64,000 bases of DNA, from positions 1 through 64,000 of the IMG/VR virus record IMGVR_UViG_3300037455_000221; one strand, given 5' to 3'. A model generated the notes under the pieces. It was not told where the DNA came from. It made no database searches and saw nothing but the letters and a program-made list of their open reading frames with translations. This DNA comes from a virus (Duplodnaviria > Caudoviricetes). A program made the translations under genes and the position numbers. Numbering within the stretch: the first letter of the stretch is position 1; the number at the start of each line of letters is the position of its first letter. Below, one piece after another: positions 58,301 to 64,000 of this stretch.

Positions 58301-61300
58301 AAGACAATAATACAGTCAAAGGTTGCGATAAGTGCTACTCAAAATGCATTATCTCAATTAACACAAGGGACTGAAGAATATATTCAGGCAGAAAAAGAAT
58401 TAGCTGATCTTAATACTTTATGTCAGGGAAGTTTTAATTCTTTAAAAATTTCAGTTAATAAAGTAATAGGAGCCCTTAAGAAAATAGGCCCAGTTGGTTG
58501 GGGTGTTATAGCTGCTATAACAGCGATTGGTGTCGTTATAACTGAACTTACAAAGAAAGAAATAAAACAAATACAGAAAGTAAAAGAATTAGCTGATGAA
58601 TATAGCAGTAGTACTAAGGAGTTAAGTAAATATAAAGAAAAAATTGGACAACTTCAATCAATATTAAGAGATGAATCTTCTACAACTGATGAACTCATAG
58701 GAGCAAAAGAAGGTTTAAATGAAATTAATGAGCAATTAATGTCTTCGTATGAAAGTTTGAAGGGACGTATTGATTTAGCAAATATGTCACTTGAAGACAC
58801 TGTTGATTTGATTAATAAACTTGATCAAAAGAAATTAAACGATATAATTACAGCAGCTACCGGAAGAGAATCTGATTTTGCATATGCGCTTTCTGACGGA
58901 TTTGATTTTACAGATCTTGGAAAAGTATTTAATGGTAGTAGGTCTGAATTAGACAGAGCGATTAATTTTTATTTAAATGGATTAGATGCTAGGAATAATA
59001 CGACACTTCAAGCAGGCCTTAGTCATCTTGATACTACTAAAACTGCGCGTGAACAATATGCTGAGCTGTTAAAATTAATAGATGAACAAACAGCTATTAT
59101 ATTAGATGAAAATAGTAGTGCATTTACCAAATGGGAAGCAGAACGATTAAATTCTATTTTATTAGCAACTAAAGATGCCTTTGACGAGACTTTCGAACAG
59201 CTAGGTAATATTGAGGCAGCATATGGAAGTACATTGTTATCAAAATATGAAGATGCATATTCTAAATACCAAAATGCTGAATTAAATTATATATTAGATA
59301 AAAGTGAAGAAACAAAAAATGCGTTAAGCCAAGCATTAAGAGATTTATGGAAGACTGCTTCAGAAGAAGATAAAGTTGCAATTGAAGAATACATGAAAAT
59401 AAAATATGGAGAATCGTTCGGAACTCCTGATGATTGGAATTTTGACGACTATCAAAATAATAGAGTATTTATTCGTCATGCAACTGGTCGTTATATTGGT
59501 GATGATAGTAAGAATGGCGATATTACGAACTTACTTTCATTTAACAATTTAGATGAAGCATTAGAATATATAATAGAAAAAACTGGGAAAGAATTAAAGT
59601 CTCAGGAATTTATAGATTGGGCTTCAGTTAGCGATAGTGAGTTAGTATCATTGCGCGGGCATGGTGCTGATAATGAAATAGATTCAGGACTTATTCTGTT
59701 TAGAGAGCTTGTTAAAACTAGTGGGCAAGATTTAGATTATTTTATTGACAGATTAGAAGAACTTGGATATTCCATATCTCCAAAAGAAGATTATTTTAGA
59801 CAATATTTAGAAAAATCTCGCAATGAATCTATTGCAAAATTTGGATCTGGTTTTGCTGATCAATTTGATAAATTGAATCTTTCCACCGGAACACAAATAG
59901 ATATTTGGAATAGTATTAGAGATCAAGCTACTAATGCAGCAGAAGCGGTTGAAATGTATCGTCTTAAGATGAGCGGGCTTGAAGCGTCTACTAGTGCTAA
60001 TGATGTTCTTAAAGATATGGAAGAACAGTATAAGCCTACATTTGACGCAATGGCTGAAGCATATAAGGCTATATGGGATGATAAAAATGTATTCCAGGGA
60101 ATGGATAAAATCACTTCCGAACAGATTAATTCTGTACGTTCACAATTAGAAAGCGTTAATTCTAGTCTTAAAGAAAATGGATTAGATATGATTGATTCGT
60201 CTGAAATTGATGATTTCATACTTACGCTTTCCGACGCTGATGCAACGGCTGATGAAGTTCAAGCTGCATTTGACAATATCGCCACGGTGCTTGTTGACAG
60301 TTTAAATCCGGCATTAGGTCAAGCTTCTGGGGAAACTGCTGAATTAATGCAGAAAACACTTACTGAACTTGGTGTCACCAATGCTGAAGCAGTTGTATTT
60401 AGTAGACTTGGATATACAGCTGAAACATATGCAAAGGCTAAAGAAGCTGCCGATGCAGCTGACATAGATCTTGATGCCGAACTTAGTTCATTAAGCGATG
60501 AAGAATTACAAATAGTTGCAAATAATGAAGCATTAATGGCTTATTATAATGGTAAATTGCTTGTTGGAGGAGCAGAAATAACTACTCCTGAAGAAGCTCA
60601 ATTGCTTATTGATTATTGTAACCAAATGGGCATTGCTCAACTTGGTACTTTAAATCTTGCTAGTGCCGAAAGAGAATTACGTGCCGCAATTGATCAGACT
60701 AATGAAGGTATTAGAATTGGCAATATGGAACTTCAAGCAAGAGGAGAAGTTGGAATAGCTAACATTATTAAACAACTTAATAGTGAGAAAGCTAAAGTTA
60801 AATTTGGAGCCAAAACCATATTTAATGGCAATGAAAATAAATCTTCTTCTGGTTCTACTAAGTCTTCTGACTCTAAGCAGAAGTTTGACTGGATCGAGCG
60901 CGCCATCAAAAAGATACAGCGTGCAGTTACTAATCTTGGTAAGATAGCAGATGCTACATATAAATCATGGGGTGAACGTCTTGATGCTATTATGGGCAAG
61001 ACGCAAGAGTTCCATGATGAAATTGGTAGATTTGGACAAGGTAATATTGATTTATATAATCGTCCTCAATACATAAATGAAGATGGGTCTATATCTACTG
61101 TAAGGAGTATGTCATTTGGCGATGAATTTGGAAATGAAATATTAGTTCCAACCATAGCTTTTGATAATAATGGTAATCCTTATTCAATGTCTGACGATGA
61201 AGCGATTGCTCGTTATTATGAAACTGGTGAATATCTTGGTTTATTCAAGTCAGTTGAAGAAGCTGAAGAATATGCAGAGAAACTTCATGAGCAACAAGAC

Positions 61301-63640
61301 GCTCTTTATGTTAGTGGTGGAAACAGTTTTTATGCCGGTAAATATCAAAAGCTTAAGGAAGAGATAGCACTTCAAGAACAAGCTGCTCAGGCATATATGC
61401 AAGAGGCTAACGCTATTGGTCTTGCTGCTGAATATCGTAATAAAGTTATGAATGGTATGATGGACATCGAAACTATAAGTGATGAAACACTTAAGGAACA
61501 GATATCCGATTTCCAGGAATATTATGATAAAGCTACTGATGCTGCTGATGCTGTTGAAGATTTACGCGGCGAACTTGCTCAACTTGCTCAAGTCAAGTTT
61601 GATATGATCACAAAGCAGTTTGAAGAGATGGCCCTTGCTATCGATCATGCCGCTACACGTATTGGACATATTCAAAGTAAGATGGATTCTGAAGGTTATT
61701 TTGAGTCTTCTACTCTTATTGAACAGCTCTTATTTGGAGATAAGGAAAAGCTTTCACAGCTTGAAGATGAAGCACGTCAACTTGCCGCATCCATTGATGA
61801 GGCTGTAGCTAATGGTGACATTGAGTATGGTTCTGAACAATGGTGGGGAATGTATGACTCACTTCAGAATGTAAATGATCAGATTGTAGAAATGAAATCT
61901 AACATGGCTGACCTTAATGATCAGTTACGTCAGATGGATTGGGATAGATTTGATTATGTACAAGATTCTATAGAGCGTCTTAGAACTGAGAATGATTTCT
62001 TGATTGATACTCTGGAGACAGAGAATCAATTATTTGAAAAAGTCCAGTTAATGAATACTGATATTATGGTGTCCAATGGTAACTGGACTGAGACTGCTAC
62101 TGCTATTCAAGGACTTCGTGTGAATAACTTGGAGATCTTTAAGCAGCAGAATGAAGAAGTCGCCGAAGAAATTAAAAAGATAAATGCCGATCTTGCTAAT
62201 GATCCTAATAATAAGAAATTGTTAGAGCGTCGCAACACTTTGATAGATCAACAACAAGATATTATAAAAGGTATCACACAAGAGAAGCAATCTATTAAGA
62301 GTCTTATTCAAGAAGGCTATGAGACGTTCCTTAACTATCTACAGAAGTCTATTGATAAGCGTAAGGAAGCTCTTAGGGCTGAAAAGAATCTGTATGACTA
62401 TCAGCGTACAGTTTCTGATCAAACTAAGACTATTACTGATTATAGAAAGCAACTTGCTGCACTTAGTGGCGGAACTGATTCTGAAGAAAATCGTGCTCGC
62501 TTACAACAGCTTAAGGATGACCTTACTAAAGCTGAGAAGGATCTTCAGGATACTGAGTATGAAAGATGGTTAACTGATCAAGAAGAGATGATGGATAGTA
62601 TGTATGAGTCATTTGAGAATCTCATCAATGAAAAACTTGATGATCTTGAAGGATTAATTGAAAGTGCTATTCAGCAGACAAAAGATAATTCTGATAGTAT
62701 TGCTAAGACAATTGGCGAACAGGCTGATGAATTTATCTACGATCTTGATAACACTTCATTTGGAGTAAACTTTGATGCACGTATTAGTGATGCAGTAACT
62801 GCTGTTAATTCAGTAGAGAATGCTATTAATAATATGATTAACGCAGCAAATATAAATGCTCAGAATGAATTAGCGCAGTTGCAAGCACTTGCTCAGACCA
62901 TTGTTACTCAGGCTCAGGTTCAGGCACAACAGATTGCACAAGCTAATGCTAATATTAATAATAATGGTGGCGGCAATGGTGATGGTAATGGATCTAACGT
63001 TGATAAGACTAAGGGTTCTGATGTTACAAATACCGGGAATGATGTAAAAACAGAATCTAAAACTTCAGCCAATCAAGGTAACACAAAACTTACTTCAGAA
63101 GAAAGAAGTAGAAGAATTAGGGAACTCAATGAGGAACGTGCTTATTATTCTAATAAGGCAAGAGAAGAAGAAAGATATGCTGCTACACCTGGTTTGCTTA
63201 GTTCTGAAAGACAACAGCATCTTACTAATATGAGCTATTATGATACAAAGGCAAATCAGATAGGACAGGAAATAAACAGATTGTCTAAGTTTGCTAAGGG
63301 TGGTACTGTTGGTTCTGCTATTAGAGGCACCGGCGAAGATGGTATCATTCTTGCTCGTACCGGTGAAGAGGTACTCTCTCTTGAACGTATAAAGCAGATG
63401 CAAGGTATTTTCAAGATGATGCAGCCTCTTGCCGCACTTGGCACTAATAAGACCATTAGTAACATTGGTGGTACTACTACTGTCAATGGCATGAACGTAT
63501 CGTTTGAGCTACCTAATGTAACAAGCTATGAAGACTTTGTACGCCAGGCTAAGAGCGATCCTACGTTTGAGAAGTTGGTACAAAATATAACTATAGGCAC
63601 AGCCCTAGGAAAAAGTAAATTGAGTAAATACTCACTGTAA
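52400..63640 (+). CDS. tape measure protein (3746 aa) with embedded JAB/MPN motif
   Basis: TP901-type core IKELDTAMVELRKVTD...N.F.L...DIG (about 57180-58200), long helical repeats, C-terminal FAKGG...ARTGEEVL. Confidence 0.9.
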   Translation: MAEALYSIKVEIDEKTLKQTTAKTQQYIEKRLGNNKVKLNLGTSDIGQALGALKEMAGDNKEMAASLEKTFLTQQGKMVNADLRSYKRINANFNKNRKYDTVLNNYYKKFERLNTKYGESDSLKDQLRLINGVKGLFTDITTAKKLNLTSYDGHDVPDKIDSDNLYRDLTRKILSELRSNMSTMMNPDIQNAISDLEKWVESTGKRNTYNLYNEGDIGSVIKSLTDSKANIDKWKQQAVNAVKQSTEEINNVAKVANNAQKSIAKSSGNKGKKKLSLEALQNQYDEIVGKDLDDTEITEEEKEQLINVLNEIKTKNSEIYKTLIEDLSEYIGNTFVENNEHIFKDVLNNIENSDIKSSTKVFDDSLSKIINNIKSDHDRKKDNKYIEDMLIDRLDYILGDENRSYKGKKALTNEEINEIVEILKYSAIADKMSYNGKTRPGLYNNVKSHYEDLLFYASDAEGYNAKSFKDLGTAIKSVNAFVDNLSSGDINNLDLVTKEKSNKFIQNISRIQKQISSFNDYLEVIGRLTDLNGYSDFGEMGFNGTKISHNEGGSVRVGGKTRMIDYHSHPWQGYKNLMPSASDLRSYLYALNDNKDKNGNPYLKEAYISQGDRLLKIDFSNIDWGKTSPEELRKELFSTIMQAVKDAGGEIKNSKSFKDKEWYTSSDPRLSGQIEEAVNSAMLSVLSKYGGNVGMAHKNASGQYVDMQTGEIWAGNKEVNEKYFDKDIFNGADEIGKAASEIRIAAETIERAAEILTGNDNDIHAASDEIEQISEGAVFSLLDSITKEIQRTNTKLSGKNGIGGTAQVGVLETLRENLREFLLTDRTGVEVFGGIKHEFNQVRTENDIILANKKLYTSLVAITKELSVLKSKGLGRTKEYRDKLAERKRITANLDSANEEQGYLMDLATAEANALVAKQLREQLDKDQKQAKAAVDTKINAGYVIDSAFQKAYEGFDASALKKMADLMEVMNGNKAGINVDTLFKSVQGIITGLEDARRNLGANVSRAPKQTTPVSDKDISAFVNRINREIQKTGINAVTGGSGQVSELAKLRDAVQNINPNDRDAWDDYNKQFEILTGQNNIIEGNEKLYRQLVEITQDLINLKLQGKDTSRGYQNKSNQREAILNKIGVAGTNRDALDKEASKDAYSAIASKLIDSVTKIGNDTALDFQAKFNKGFDFEDEFYKPYVQLSKDAKAIIERLMLVMEGTATDAQKDIEEAGNIIKQLTDVKSNINSKAIKQVAPVEGSKISSRIDQFSAFINKKGVSVDENLNNSLLQYIEKLKNFENDDTRNPRIYEMLEQEGDQLKEQINALDQIIKRYEETYQLRVKIAELEISGENPEALADYNEELKKEKDIISSIAQSFGVDDSITAKIFGDPSEYEGKRKEYVAKLQNTIRGIETAKLNEEKRGYGYTEDYENRFKVAKDYTDYLVKRLQDTKLSTDEIKEALKEAYRFVDDINEADGLQQLKRDTHSSESVIVKRNQAANLFSSASTLLTKTSGFGVSKEDRIEIYKIYAELKNISDAADKAGGEMSDLNRIRYDELTARIKDLTAKYKELGVYGNNLFSRIGRTIKAQTISALSRYFSLYDIIRYVRSGINTIKELDTAMVELRKVTDGTAQEYEDFRKEINATASEIASTNKDLISSAADWARLGYSIKEATELARDAQIFVNVGDGVDIKGATDMMITAMKAFNIEADEALSIVDKYNEIGNNFALSATDIGDAMQRSASVLAASNTSFDESIALITAGNEIIQDPEKMGTALRTVALRIRGAKAELEEMGEETDYVVNSTSKLRELIKGYTSIGGKYEGFDIMEDEDTFKSLADIIKGIGEVYDEMSDIDRTAMLDKLAGKNRSNALAAMLQNYKQIDNVLMSIEESEGSAIRENEHIVDSIQGRITKLQTAAENFWQAFLDTDLIKDAVSALTELLNKLTEFIDKHGSGELLAGIASIATLRFTGVGNGFINSIKTIIQSKVAISATQNALSQLTQGTEEYIQAEKELADLNTLCQGSFNSLKISVNKVIGALKKIGPVGWGVIAAITAIGVVITELTKKEIKQIQKVKELADEYSSSTKELSKYKEKIGQLQSILRDESSTTDELIGAKEGLNEINEQLMSSYESLKGRIDLANMSLEDTVDLINKLDQKKLNDIITAATGRESDFAYALSDGFDFTDLGKVFNGSRSELDRAINFYLNGLDARNNTTLQAGLSHLDTTKTAREQYAELLKLIDEQTAIILDENSSAFTKWEAERLNSILLATKDAFDETFEQLGNIEAAYGSTLLSKYEDAYSKYQNAELNYILDKSEETKNALSQALRDLWKTASEEDKVAIEEYMKIKYGESFGTPDDWNFDDYQNNRVFIRHATGRYIGDDSKNGDITNLLSFNNLDEALEYIIEKTGKELKSQEFIDWASVSDSELVSLRGHGADNEIDSGLILFRELVKTSGQDLDYFIDRLEELGYSISPKEDYFRQYLEKSRNESIAKFGSGFADQFDKLNLSTGTQIDIWNSIRDQATNAAEAVEMYRLKMSGLEASTSANDVLKDMEEQYKPTFDAMAEAYKAIWDDKNVFQGMDKITSEQINSVRSQLESVNSSLKENGLDMIDSSEIDDFILTLSDADATADEVQAAFDNIATVLVDSLNPALGQASGETAELMQKTLTELGVTNAEAVVFSRLGYTAETYAKAKEAADAADIDLDAELSSLSDEELQIVANNEALMAYYNGKLLVGGAEITTPEEAQLLIDYCNQMGIAQLGTLNLASAERELRAAIDQTNEGIRIGNMELQARGEVGIANIIKQLNSEKAKVKFGAKTIFNGNENKSSSGSTKSSDSKQKFDWIERAIKKIQRAVTNLGKIADATYKSWGERLDAIMGKTQEFHDEIGRFGQGNIDLYNRPQYINEDGSISTVRSMSFGDEFGNEILVPTIAFDNNGNPYSMSDDEAIARYYETGEYLGLFKSVEEAEEYAEKLHEQQDALYVSGGNSFYAGKYQKLKEEIALQEQAAQAYMQEANAIGLAAEYRNKVMNGMMDIETISDETLKEQISDFQEYYDKATDAADAVEDLRGELAQLAQVKFDMITKQFEEMALAIDHAATRIGHIQSKMDSEGYFESSTLIEQLLFGDKEKLSQLEDEARQLAASIDEAVANGDIEYGSEQWWGMYDSLQNVNDQIVEMKSNMADLNDQLRQMDWDRFDYVQDSIERLRTENDFLIDTLETENQLFEKVQLMNTDIMVSNGNWTETATAIQGLRVNNLEIFKQQNEEVAEEIKKINADLANDPNNKKLLERRNTLIDQQQDIIKGITQEKQSIKSLIQEGYETFLNYLQKSIDKRKEALRAEKNLYDYQRTVSDQTKTITDYRKQLAALSGGTDSEENRARLQQLKDDLTKAEKDLQDTEYERWLTDQEEMMDSMYESFENLINEKLDDLEGLIESAIQQTKDNSDSIAKTIGEQADEFIYDLDNTSFGVNFDARISDAVTAVNSVENAINNMINAANINAQNELAQLQALAQTIVTQAQVQAQQIAQANANINNNGGGNGDGNGSNVDKTKGSDVTNTGNDVKTESKTSANQGNTKLTSEERSRRIRELNEERAYYSNKAREEERYAATPGLLSSERQQHLTNMSYYDTKANQIGQEINRLSKFAKGGTVGSAIRGTGEDGIILARTGEEVLSLERIKQMQGIFKMMQPLAALGTNKTISNIGGTTTVNGMNVSFELPNVTSYEDFVRQAKSDPTFEKLVQNITIGTALGKSKLSKYSL

Positions 63641-63646
63641 TATTTA

Positions 63647-63685
63647 GGTGGAGTAGGTGTCACAGCCTACTCCACTATTTCTTTA
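63647..63685 (+). terminator. intrinsic terminator
   Basis: gtggagtagg...cctactccac followed by TATTTCTTT. Confidence 0.7.
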
Positions 63686-63707
63686 TTGATTGAAAGGAGT
63701 AACTGGT

Positions 63708-64000
63708 ATGAAGAAGTTTGATGAATTAAAACTTAAGAGGCGTGAACAAAAGATTATTGATCTTCAGCAAGAGAATGAAGAACTGAGAAACCATATGATG
63801 GCTGAAGAGGTATTAAAGGATAAACAGCGCGAGGCTGATGCGCTTTTATATCAGCTTAATGAATTACAGAATAAGTTATGTGAGGAGATCCGTGAATTTG
63901 AAAAGGCTCGTGATGAATATATAGCTGAGAAAAGAAGGTTCGCGAAACTCAACATTGAATATAAAAGAAAGATGGATAAGTACTTTAAACAAATTGGTTA
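63708..64000 (+). CDS. coiled-coil hypothetical protein (runs to window end)
   Basis: GAAAGGAG RBS; open to position 64000. Confidence 0.6.
   Translation, partial: MKKFDELKLKRREQKIIDLQQENEELRNHMMAEEVLKDKQREADALLYQLNELQNKLCEEIREFEKARDEYIAEKRRFAKLNIEYKRKMDKYFKQIG

Larger units (their letters stand above)
1..64000. mobile_element. SPbeta-like large siphophage/prophage segment (Firmicute host)
   Basis: Terminase, portal, capsid, tail tube, tape measure and YonO-like RNAP; GGAGG/AAAGGAG RBSs and sigmaA promoters; no host housekeeping genes. Confidence 0.93.

Noticed and set aside
1-64000. Stop-codon reassignment
   Set aside because: Genes tile densely under the standard code, including an uninterrupted 11.2-kb ORF

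Overview
The window is part of a large tailed dsDNA phage or prophage of a Firmicute (probably Clostridia), organised like Bacillus phage SPbeta. From 1 to 15.7 kb there is a leftward array of about 40 small early/accessory genes: a tyrosine recombinase, two orphan HicA-like genes, a GP88-like gene, DUF932 and two DUF5688 paralogs. A structured non-coding leader with a tRNA-like cloverleaf heads this array. At 16.4-16.6 kb an AT-rich, inverted-repeat-flanked origin-like switch point separates the two arms. The rightward arm encodes a SleB-like hydrolase, a YonO-like single-chain RNA polymerase, ClpP, a metallophosphoesterase and terminase. A 13-kb insert then separates terminase from portal. 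It holds fibre/depolymerase genes with matching N- and C-terminal motifs, a zinc-ribbon endonuclease, a complete diversity-generating retroelement (VR 34221-34329, TR 34469-34577, RT, no avd) and an uncharacterised six-gene cassette (Cys protease, Gly-rich membrane coiled coil, BclA/C1q-like protein). Portal, head, neck and tail genes follow, then RuvC and a 3746-aa tape measure protein carrying a JAB/MPN metalloprotease motif. All family assignments come from motif recognition by eye; no database searches were run.
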